Part shown: piece by piece, positions 1 through 11,032 of the stretch
Position numbering within the stretch: position 1 is the first letter of the stretch
Layout of the letters: every line of letters begins with the position of its first letter
From: Octopus vulgaris
Taxonomy: Eukaryota
Direction: 5' to 3'
NCBI GenBank assembly: GCA_951406725.2
Contig: OX597823.1
Coordinates: 67,270,001 to 67,334,000, forward strand
DNA length: 64,000 bases
Notes under the pieces: generated by a model
Databases searched by the model: none
What the model was told of the DNA's origin: nothing
The model's input: only the letters and a program-made list of their open reading frames with translations
Program-made: the position numbers and the translations under genes

Positions 1-127
1 ATTTAAATGAGTTTTCACACGGACCCCAGGATATTGAAATGTCTGTTAGCTTAACATGCTGACGAACCCCTCAGTACTACCTTTGCGGACCACCAGGCGT
101 CTGCAGACAACAGATTGGTAACCACTG
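1..127. mobile_element. Terminus of a hAT (Charlie/Buster-like) DNA transposon or MITE, cut by the window edge
   Basis: Ends in ...cggaccaccagg...gattggtaaccactg (CAGTGGTTACCAA on the minus strand, a Charlie-type TIR), followed by ttctagcg, which resembles the NTCTAGAN target of this group. Confidence 0.55.
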
Positions 128-580
128 TTCTAGCGTATAGAGTCGGAACACATTCCAGTTCAGATTCAGCGATGCACTAAACGACGCTTCTATTGTGCTG
201 TTTTATCTTAATGTGCTTGGAAAGTTTTCATGTATATTTTTGATTTTTAATATGATATTCCAAACGCTTTCCTGAATGGCGGTATTTAGAAATCAAGAAC
301 TGAAATCAAGAAAAAATCACGCAAATTTAATTTTGTGATTTTGATTCTTAATTTCCAAGAATATCGTTCTAACGATCACTGTTGTTTTCGTTTTCTATCT
401 CCAGCTAAGGGGGAAATTTCAGTTCACTGAGATCTTTTTAATTTTTTATTATTATTATTATTTATATTGTTTACTCATTTATTTATTGCATATGTCATTC
501 AGTACATCTCTACCAAACTTATTTACGTAAATTCATTTCCCTTGCCTACTTGAGTTAGCGCATTGCATGTTTTTAATTAC

Positions 581-723
581 CTAGCCAGCTACGGCATGTG
601 TGATTAAAAAGAATAATCAACAAAGAATGAAACAATGTTTTGTTGTACTTGATGTTCTTTTTTCTCGAGTCAGTTGTTCTATTCTTGTTGTTGCTTCTGG
701 CTCTCGTGATGACGCTATTGTTT
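581..723 (-). other. Candidate exon of an unidentified minus-strand transcript (coding status uncertain)
   Basis: Acceptor cttaatgtttacag| at 724 and donor AG|GTAATT at 580. The phase-1 frame reads xTIASSREPEATTRIEQLTREKRTSSTTKHCFILC*; a second frame is open throughout. Confidence 0.3.
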
Positions 724-1029
724 CTGTAAACATTAAGTATTGCAAACCTATTCATTTCTTATAAAAACCTTGATGTGAAAAGAAAACTTTTATGATCTGT
801 TTTTTTTTTTTTCTTTTAACACATTCGATTTTTTTTCCTTTCTATTATATAACTGAATATATCATTGTATACATGGCTTCGTTTTCTTGAAAACTGGGAA
901 ATTTCATAAGTCTGTGAGATGGAAATTTCAGAAACTTGTTTTTATAATTGTATTTCCATTTATATATTTCTGTATGCTAATTCCAAATATGAGGAAAAAA
1001 AAACTTTCTCCCATTAATTAAGATTTTCT

Positions 1030-2390
1030 CACAATTTAACGGTAAAATATATCAGTATTTGTAGGAAAATCCAGATATGGCAGGACAACATGAAACTAAT
1101 AAAAATGCAATTGGTACTTTGTTTAGCAAAATAAAACGGCACAAATGCAACCGGAAGGGGATAAAATAGAATGGAGCATTCCGTATTTTTAGGTTCAGTA
1201 CTTTCAAATCTCTTCTTCACTCGTAAACTAAGCCTGGAGCTTTTTAGCTTGTGAGCATTTAATGGACATCCACGATGCAACATCTAGTAGTATTCGGCCA
1301 TTATATAGGCATTCCATCTTCCTTGATATCTTCTTTCCATCTCCTTTATGTGCTGACGAAACTTTCCCCCTGCTCCTCATTCACATCCATCAGAATTTCC
1401 GACAAGAAATTCAAATGGACATATAGGAAATGAATTTTACTCCTCATTTTACATCTTAAGTTTTCGTTGCTATGTCTACCGTCTGACTCAGAAGTCAAGT
1501 GTATGTCTTCAAGTTTTCTTCGAGGTGACGGGACTGGAACATCTTGTCCATGGTCTACAGGTCACAATGCGGATGGGAGATGGGTAAACATTTTTGTTCC
1601 CCACTCTTCAAGCTGTAGCCCTGCACCTTACAAGAGCAAATGTAGCAGTCATCAATGTAATTTTTAGGTTCTTTCCATATCATAGGGACTCCGAAACAAG
1701 AATACATCTTTGTACATTTTGTCCATCGTCTTATCTGTTCAACATAAATTAGCAAGTTTTATGAGGAAAACGCTTCTGATCTTGGCCTCCTGTTTTCACA
1801 CCAAAATAGACATCGTAGATTTTTTGATAAATTCGGTAATGTCTCTGACATTTCTCAGGCATGAACTTGCTACAAATGTAACGAAGTTATCCAAGTTTGA
1901 TACACGTTCTTCTAGAAGGCAACCTTGCCTCAAATGATGTGGATTTATTTAAGGGAAGATATATTTTAACCAACATATATTTGATTTACCATCTAAATGT
2001 GTACACAATATAAGAGAAGCATTGAAATTTAGCGCACGATACCATAAAACAAAGTATGTAACATAATTACAATGAAAAAAAGGCACAAGTAAAACAATTA
2101 CAATAAGAAAGATACTTTAACCTAAACAAAGTAACTTCGTAAAGTGCGTCTTTCTCTCCTCAGTGCTTGAGGATGACTTGACTGAAGCTACAGGGATACA
2201 GGCACGTCCGTGTGTAACTTCAGCGGTCTAGACGTTACCGGATGCTTATTTACGCCTAAAGTTATACTGTTATAGCGATTTTGTGAAGAAATTGTAGTCG
2301 AAAATTTTTGTAACTTTTGTAATTAGCAAGTTAAAATTGATAAGTTTTACCCAGTAAATACGAAACAATATTTTGGTCGCATATCTGTGT
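1030..2390 (-). mobile_element. Decayed, internally deleted DNA transposon (family often labelled TcMar-m44; label uncertain)
   Basis: Frameshifted translation gives N-terminal YFGVKTGGQD...FGVPMIWKEPKNYIDDCYIC and C-terminal KIHFLYVHLNF...NEEQGE...EMERRYQGRWN, both motifs of this transposase family. The middle of the ORF is missing near 1466-1500. Confidence 0.7.
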
Positions 2391-2460
2391 TATTATATTG
2401 ATTATTATAATTATTATCACCATCATCGTCATTATTATTATCATTGTTGTTATAGGTTAT

Positions 2461-5060
2461 TCTGAAAGACTCTTGGACAGTTCTTACCACTTATTTGTCA
2501 CTTGAAAGCATGCAATGCCTTCTCCTCTGTCTCGAAGAGACAACACTCCCCTTAGAATGCGAGCTGTACCCAACAATGCTGTCTTCTAGATCACCTCGAG
2601 CCCGACACTAGTTTCAATATTCTTAATATGTTTTTCAAAGCCCTTGGAAACAGCTCCTAATGCTCCAATTACCACCGGTATCACCATTACTTTCCTCATG
2701 CTCCATAACTTTCCTATCTCGTCCTGCATTGCCTGGTATTTCTCAATCTTTTCTGTTTCCTTACATTTAATCCTCGAATCGCCTGGTATTGCTACATCTA
2801 TTAACTTTGCTTCTTATTCATCTTTTTGGACGATCACGATATTTGGCCGTCTGGTCTCTATGACTTGGTGGCACTGTGTATTAAAATCCCAGAGTATTTT
2901 GTATTGTTCGTTTTCCATTACTCCTTCTGGCTTGCGTTTATACCATTGTTCGTCTATCTCGAGGTTTGCTTTACTACACAACACAGCCAGTGGGCATATC
3001 TGACCACATTGTCATGTATCCTTTTGTATTTGCATTGTGCGAGCTTACAGCACTCACTAACAACATGGCTTATACTTTATCTCTTCTCAGAACACGTCCT
3101 ACACTGTGGCGAGTCAGTGCTTTTATCACTGTGATATTTGGAGTAGTTAGTTCTGGGAGATTGTTCTTGAATGCTGCACACTAATGCCTCAGAGGGTAGT
3201 TTTAAGTCTCCTTCCTACAGCCATTGCTAGGTTCTATTCCAATCAATCTCATCGTTATTCTTCAAGAACTGACAGTGCATTTTCTTGTCCTGCCAAATTT
3301 TCTTCATCTGCTCTTTCTGGTCTTTCTTAAATTGTGTTGGATCTACAGCTTCGTTCCACTATTCTTACGTCTACACCCCTTTTGTTCCACTGGTATTAAG
3401 TAATTCTCATTTAGGTACTTATAGATGCTGTTTGATATGATGCCCGTCATCGGTTTCCGCATCAGTGGCAAACAAGATATTAGTCGTAAATTTCCAACAG
3501 AATTCTCTTTATTCGGGTCCTTCTGCATAGTACCGTTCTTCCTTTTGTCATTCAGGCCCCTACTTGGATGTCATTACTCAGTATTTCGTCCATCTGTCTA
3601 ACAATTCTCCTGTGCAGAGCTGTCAAGTTTTTAAGCCAAAAGACCTGAAACCCATCTGGGCCAGGCGCTTTCCAGTTAAGAATTTTCCTGCACTGATCTC
3701 TAATCATCTCCTCGATTATTCTCAAATCCTCCTGCTGATACTCTCTACTCTCCTCTTTGAGTGTCTTTAACCAGTCTGCTTCATGTTCGTTTTGTTTCTA
3801 CTGAAACCACATGCTTGACCAGAATCTTTTGCTTTCTGCTGCATTCGGCACGGCTTTTTCACCTTTTTCTTTCCCATCCAGTTCCTCATAGACTCGTTTC
3901 TGATTTTGTTCGAAAAGTCTATTTAATCTGTGCTGCACAATTCTCTGTTCATATCTCTTTAGTTTATGTGCTTTAGCTTTCAACCGCTGTTTTAATTCCT
4001 CGATCACAACATTGATTCCCTTTCTCTTCACCCTATTCTTCCTCTCTAGCTCAACATATTTCTCCCGCTGAACTTCGTATTAATATATTTCCTGGTTTCG
4101 TTAATAGGCAGCATGATTCTCCTTTTCCGCCATGGTTCCTTCAGATTATGTTGACATTTACCTTCGGCTTCCAAACCTAACTTCTTGGCTCTAAAGATCG
4201 AGATTACATTTATCAGATTATTGGTGTTTGTGATATTGTCAGTCCTGATATCACTAGTGATAACATTTATCTTCCTGATCCATTCATTAAGTTTCTTTCT
4301 GTCTACTTTTTTAAACCCCGTATCAAAGCTCTATTCACCAGGGGTCCAAATATCAATGATTTCATTTTAAATGGATATCTGTTCCTCTGTTCTCTCATCG
4401 CTTTCCTGATCAATAATCTCAGCCTCATGCTCGTTTTCTTTCTTTAACTCTACTGCCATAGTTTCACTATCTGCATTCTCTTCCTCGTCCTTCCGTTCAC
4501 CGCTGGTCTTACCACTGCTAAGCACACGTCTCAATGCTTTCTAGTTCAACTGGAGATAACCATTCATTCTTTCTGATGGCTCTAGCTTGGTCACACATAA
4601 TTTATTCACTTAATTCAAATAGGCCTCTCTCGCTTCATGCCCTGTGCATTTTTGTCCAATATCCCCTAGCGAGTACTTCATTGTCATTTCTCGGATTACC
4701 CAGAAAGTAGCACTCCATGCAGCCACATTCATTTCTTTCGTCCGCCTTCTTTTACCAGTTGTTTGATGACGACTGGGCTCACGCTGCTCACCCGTGGGAC
4801 ACCCGCGGGCGAGAAACCATCACAAGGTGTTCCAGTCTCATTCACGCTGTTCTCATTTTTATTTGACGTTTCAGCACTCTTGATGAGGATTAGTGAATTT
4901 TAGATTGCACAACCACCAGTATTTTTCCCGTGACACCATCAGTGACAGGATCTCCACCCTAGGATATGGAATTCCTACGATTTCCACACAATCTGGAAGA
5001 TTCAAATATATATTATATCCTCACAATATCTGGAACCCTGTTAGAAAAAGCGTGGGGGCT
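2461..5060 (-). mobile_element. R4/Dong-clade non-LTR retrotransposon with the RT core deleted
   Basis: N-terminal EELKQRLKAKAHKLKRYEQR...RLFEQNQKRVY; RT start RLISCLPLMRKPMTGII...EQKGCRR; CCHC knuckle; restriction-like endonuclease LWDFNTQ..RRPNIV..LIDVAIPGD..EKIEKYQ..IPVVIGALG..KTALLGTARILR. The 3' end abuts a degenerate (TAA)n tract. Confidence 0.9.
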
Positions 5061-5769
5061 TCGACTGGTACATTTTGTAGTAATACATACTTTAAGTGAT
5101 TATAATCATTTGTGACAGCAAAACATAGACATTGAAAGACATATACGTATATGTCTCTGCTGCATTTGTCATTTACATCGACATCGTTGTCATTGTTGTT
5201 GCTGCTGTTGTTGTTGTTTGTTGTTGTTCTTCTTTAACCCCAAGTAAACTGTAATCAAGCAGATCAATAATAAGATACCTTCCGCTCTTCATTATCCCAT
5301 CATTTTTATAGAGGAAAGTGGCGAGGCCTATTAGTTTGATTTATAAATATTTAACTGCTATTTCTAGTCGTGCTAGATGACTTCTTAGAACAGTCTTCAC
5401 ATTGACTTGTATATACAAATATTGATGAACGAAGTGAAACAGCTGTGTTGGATATGAAATGTCAAATAACAAGAAAGACAAAGAAAAGCATTGTTTTCAG
5501 TAAGTAAACATAGATCAAAAATACGTTCAAAGTTGATGACTTCGAATAAATTTGTATGCTGTGTGTTTTAAGAGAGTGGAGGAAAAGAAATCTGAGGTTT
5601 TGAGTTTGACCCTTCGTTTGAGAAGGAAAAAAAATCTCTTCGACTGAAATTTCTCTCAACAAGAAACATCTCGAAAGCTCAAAATTCTCTTCGCCACTAT
5701 CTCCACCGCCTTAATAACAAAGTACAAACGATACAATTCACTGTTTTCAGCAAAAGGTATAAGTGTATT

Positions 5770-5988
5770 AAGGCGGCGAACTGACAGAAACGTTAGCATG
5801 CCGGGCGAAATGCGTAGCCGTATTTCGTCTGCCGTTATGTTCTGGGGTTCAAATTCCGGCGAGGTCAGCTTTGCCCTTCATCCTTTCGGGGTCGATTAAA
5901 TAAGTACCAGTTACGCACTGGGGTCGATATAATCGACTTAATCCGTTTGTCTCGTCTGTGTTTAGCCCCTTGAGGGTAGTAAAGAAAT
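5770..5988 (+). mobile_element. tRNA-derived SINE, family A (aaggcggcgagctggcag head, tail type A)
   Basis: A-box and B-box (GGTTCAAATTCC), conserved body ttcatcctttcggggtcga..aagtaccag, tail ...aaagaaata, TSD aggtataagtg(t/a)at. Confidence 0.9.
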
Positions 5989-6692
5989 AGGTATAAGTGA
6001 ATGTGTGCATGCGTGCGTGTGTGTGTGTGTGTGTGTATTATGTATTGTTACCTCCATCGGGTAGTAGTTCATTTCATTAAGATTTTGCCTATGCACGCAC
6101 GACTTCTCTTTCCACGCCATCGATGTCACCCAGAATAAACACTGTTGCTTTAGTGTCGGTGCAGCTGGGTAGCAGTATCCTTTCAGATGTTATTGTCAAA
6201 ACGCAAAATATTGCAAAAGATACCGTAGTGCATTTCACCCGACGCTATATAACAGTTTTACCAGCCCCACTGCTCAGGATCGTGAATCTTTATTGATTTC
6301 TGTAAGGATTAAAGGTAACGACCAACCTTAAGTGTGATTTGGACTTTGAGAATCGGAAGAAATGTCATAAGTTATTCTTCACAACGCTCTCTCGTTTCTG
6401 CCAGTTGGCTGTTTTGTATTATCTGACACACACAGCAGTGAAAAAGGCGTTGGTGAATTGTTGATATCTCGAAAGATCAAAATTCGCTTCGCCACCATCT
6501 CTACCGCATACGAAATTATCGAAACTCTTGAGTTTCAGTGAAAAGCTTTCGTCTAAGAACACCACCCTTAGTGTGATTTGAACTTTGAGAATCGGAATAA
6601 ATGCCATAAGTCATTCTACATAACGATCTAACGTGTCTGCCAGTTGGCAATTTTGAATTATCTGACACACATTTTGCTGGTAGTTGATGATA

Positions 6693-6931
6693 TTGGGTTG
6701 GGGCATAATTATTGCGGCTTTTTTTTCAACAAATTTTATTCAACAAAAACAATAACAACATATAACAAAAACATCCGGAGCATATTCACCATCTACTTCA
6801 ATTACTGCCTCCCATTGCCTTGGCAGACGGCCAAACCATCATTTAAAGATGTTTTTTGTTAAATATTGTTATTGTCTTTGTTGAATGAGATTTGTTGAAA
6901 GAAAGCCACAATACTTATACACTAAACCCAA
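6693..6931. mobile_element. Mariner-derived MITE with about 90-bp inverted termini
   Basis: TA|ttgggttggggcataa...aaacccaa|TA. The core encodes the mariner C-terminus GRLPRQWEAVIEVDGEY on the minus strand. Confidence 0.85.
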
Positions 6932-7221
6932 TACTATAGTGTTTGAGACAAAGTCACAGAATGAAAATCATAAATTTAGTTAAATAAAAATTTACATTTT
7001 ATTTAAATACTATCATAATCAAAGTAATAAAACAAAAATACTTCAAATCTTTTATTAATTGACAATGCGTGACTTGTACACAATTTATATACGATGGCAT
7101 TAGACATACGTGAATACAAAAACTTTTTATTTAATTTATTGAGTAAAGTAAAACGATGAAAGAAAAATTTTAAGCCAGTCATTTATTGAGAATAAATATG
7201 TACAGATTGGAATTAACTTAC

Positions 7222-7451
7222 ATAGCACGGTAGCATTACGTGTATATTCAGTATTTTTAATGTCGATGGCTAAGACGACTATTCCAGCCGACACTACTAA
7301 GAAAATCTGCCTCGGTCTTGTGGTTCTCCAATGTATTTCCAATGCTTTTTGCTTGTGTGGATTTTTTTGTGATATTTTTCCTGTATCTTTTCCTTTGACT
7401 TTTTTCCTGGATTCGATACTATAATGTCTGTCTTGGCTATCCACGTCGGTG
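7222..7451 (-). other. Candidate internal exon (UTR, lncRNA or unknown coding)
   Basis: Acceptor ttgtttgtctcattgtttgtag| and consensus donor |GTAAGT at 7221-7216, in unique sequence. One frame is open across the exon but matches no domain I recognise. Confidence 0.3.
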
Positions 7452-7669
7452 CTACAAACAATGAGACAAACAAGCTAAAAGAATATTTTGCGGGGGAAAT
7501 ACTGTATAATACTTGCAGTATTGTTGATAGGAAAGGAAGAAAAATTTAAATATGTTTACGTAAGTCAAATTATTCATTCACAGACGTTCCTCCTCAAAAT
7601 ATATTTCAGTAAAATCATGCATATTAACATGCTAGGTTGGGTGGGGTGGTGAGAACTTTGCTGCGCTGA

Positions 7670-8200
7670 TGTTTTGCTACTGGTCGACTGTAATCGAGTA
7701 GACTCAAAATATGCAGCGGATCAATTGTGACCACCCATCCTGTATTATGCATAGCTGGGATCACAATGTTTGTTGTGATCCCAATGTTTGTTCTGTTCTT
7801 TGTTTAATGCTGCAAAATTTCTCATTGGTATGACCTTAAACTGCATCCGCTAGCGTGGCCCTGGTTCGAGGATTCCAGGATTTTGAGCAGAGTGGAACCA
7901 TATTTCAGCCTCCATTTTACCCAGGTTACATCTGACCCGGAGTAGTAGCACCTATCAGGCTCCCAGCTAAGGGTTATTTAGCGTATTATGGATTGCCTAC
8001 ACATGCATGTGAAGACTGGATCCGGCTGACTCTGCCGAAGAACCATCGATGAAGGCGGCTGCAGTAATACGTAGTATAATGCAGAGAGCCAGAGAAAGCA
8101 AGTTAGATACCTTGGTCGTCCTCTGCATATTTTTCCAATCCTTGTAGTTTTAACCTGATCTTCCAGCTGGACTGAAGATGATCACCAACAAGAGTGTAAG
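7670..8200 (+). mobile_element. Decayed interspersed repeat resembling the 5' region of RTE-type LINEs
   Basis: Contains ggtatgaccttaaactgcatcc...cccaggttacatctgacccggagtagtagcacct, which I recognise from memory as an RTE-associated 5' motif. Confidence 0.45.
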
Positions 8201-8843
8201 GTTGATGGTGCACAAACCTTCATTTTTAATTAAGTCAACTCATATATCAATAGTCGTCCTTAACGATCACTACACGGTCCTCGTTGCTCTGAGAAACTAA
8301 CAGGAATATAGTTTGATCTCAGAGAAGTTTAGCTGCTATTTCTAGTAACTTAGGCGACTGTGTTGTGATTCTCTTTTTACTTCATTGAAGCAGAATTAGA
8401 TAACTGACCTTAGAATGTATACGTTTGTGTGAGTGTGTGGGAATGTCTGTGTGTGCATGTTTGCGTGCGCGCGCGTGAACATTCTGTGTCTATATAGATG
8501 TATGAATGTATATGTGTGTGTGTGCGTGCGAGTGATTGTCAAGTCCTTGGCAAGTGACGTTGGTTCGTTTACGTTCCCTTAACCTTGCAGTTCGACAACA
8601 GTCTGATAGAATAACAGCTTTTACTCGACTTGCTCGACTAAATCTCTGTGGTATTCCAGCTAGGCTGCACTCAGATGTCCGGAGGAAGTAATAGATAGAT
8701 AGATAGGTAGATAGATAGGTAGATAGATAGATAGTTAGATAGATAGTTAGATACATACATACATACATACATACATACATAGACGGATGGACGGACGGTT
8801 AGTTAGGTAGATAGGTAGGTAGATGGATGGATGAATTGATAGG

Positions 8844-8889
<46 letters not shown>

Positions 8890-9366
8890 CATTCAGGCAT
8901 ACATACACTCACACTACACACGCGCGCGCATACGCACGTGCATACATACACACACACACACACACCTATGTGCGTAGATGAAAATTAATAAATCAAACGA
9001 ACTCGGTCTGTTGCTGCCAACACCTCTCATGTTTTTCAACAGTTCACTAATTAACTATTAAAATAAATCTTAATGAAACAGCATTGATTCAAGGCAAAAT
9101 TAATTGAAATCTAATAAGAGATAAGATTTGGAAGCGAAATCCACAGAGCATTACGAGTAGCTGTGAAGTTTCTCATGAGAAGCTATTTTACAACGAAGTG
9201 TATCTTCGTTTGTATTTGTTCTGGTTCGATCAAAGATACCTATACCGTATATCAAACGAACGTTGAAGTGAACTATGACATTTGTCTCTTTTGATTCAGT
9301 TGTCAAACTACCGCCGTCATCACAGTCCTTACTTACACACACACACACAAACACCCTCTCTCTCTC

Positions 9367-9425
<59 letters not shown>

Positions 9426-9571
9426 ATACGTACGTTCATAAGTCTATCTACTGCTTTTGGTGTGTCACACATAATTGTCTCTCTGTTCCACTAAGCCAGA
9501 GAGAGATACAAACATACACAGATAAAGTTAGGAAAACTAAACCAAAGCCAGAGGTAGAAGATAAACAGAGT

Positions 9572-9579
9572 TGACGTCA
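9572..9579. promoter_or_regulatory. Perfect CRE palindrome TGACGTCA
   Basis: Exact 8-mer in unique sequence; no function shown. Confidence 0.2.
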
Positions 9580-10103
9580 CATAAATATACCACAGCCATC
9601 ACTGCTTTACCTCTTCTTGCCCACTGTTTCTTTCTCTATTCGGCAGTTGCATACTTCAAGAAGAAAAGAGAAATATTTACAAACGTATTCTATTTCACCA
9701 CCATCACCTTTCTTGATAAGTAGCAAGTTCTGGTTTGAAGTTTTGGCTGTTATTTCTCAGAATATATTCTCTGGACAATTTCTCTATAAGGCCGTGCATG
9801 AATACATGTATATAGTTCTCTAGCTGTTCGTTTTGAAGTTTCTGATTTCGTTATCATTACAACCATAATTATTAGAACGAATACACTTTATTCTGATAAT
9901 TGTTATGGCAGAGGTAGTCGTACTTTTGTCCATTTCCTCCATTCATGTCACCTCGAACAAAACAAAATGCCTCTTCTATATACAGTTGCAATAAAACATT
10001 CCCACACGCAATATTATGGCATGTGATCATATCATGATTCTTTGAACATGTACCCCAGGATATACAATACATACATAATATTATACACACATATATTTTC
10101 CTT

Positions 10104-10503
10104 AACCTTTTACTTGTTTCTGTTATTAGATTGCGACCATGGTGAGGCACCGTTATAAAATTTTGGTCAAATGAATCGACCCCAGTACTTATTTTTAAAG
10201 CCTGGTACTTATTCTATCAGTTTCTTTTGCCAAATCGCTAGGTTACGAGGACGTAAACGCACCAATACCGATTGTCAGCTTGTGATGGGGGGACAAACAC
10301 ACACACACACACACGGAGTTATATATACATATAACAATTTCGGGTTTCTTTGAGTTTCTGTCCACCAACTCCACTCACAAGACTTTGGTTGGACCGAGGT
10401 TATTAAAAGAAGACACATGCCCAAGGTGTCGCGCAGTGGAACTGAACCACTGAACTATGTGGTTGGAAAGCAAGCTTCTTACCACTCACTCACACCTGCA
10501 CCT
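10104..10503 (-). mobile_element. tRNA-derived SINE, family B (older copy)
   Basis: Same layout as the other family-B copies: head, internal CA/TA microsatellite, tail ...gaaacaagtaaaag. Confidence 0.85.
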
Positions 10504-10551
10504 ACATATATATATATATATATAATCAAAATAAGCAACAGGATGTAGTGA

Positions 10552-10637
10552 TGTAGTACGACCGTTTCAAGCGGCTCCATTTAATTGAATAATGCAAAGA
10601 TTACCTCAATTCAAATGCGATGCCATCTTCAGCTACA
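10552..10637 (-). ncRNA. Type I hammerhead ribozyme motif with long stem II, in a short element flanked by (TA)n/(CA)n
   Basis: Minus strand: tgtag-CTGAAGA-tggc...catttgaattgaggtaat ctttgc attattcaattaaatg..gccgctt-GAAAC-ggtc-GTA-ctaca. Stem I is tgtag/ctaca. Confidence 0.8.
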
Positions 10638-10791
10638 CAAACAAATAAATGGAATTCTAACAAGTGGAACACAATAATATAATTTTTGTCAAATATTTTA
10701 ACAGAGCAAGAAGATGGATGAAATTCACGTTGTCACTATTTTAGCTAAGAATAGACTACAACTTCTAAGAATCGCATGGAGCATGTATGAT

Positions 10792-10862
<71 letters not shown>

Positions 10863-10966
10863 TGCAGCACGGACTTTGTCAGTGAACAGGTCGCGGATTT
10901 TAGCGACGAAAATATTTTGACAAATTAAACTTAAAACTTCTAAGAATCGCATGGAGCATGTATGAT

Positions 10967-11032
<66 letters not shown>

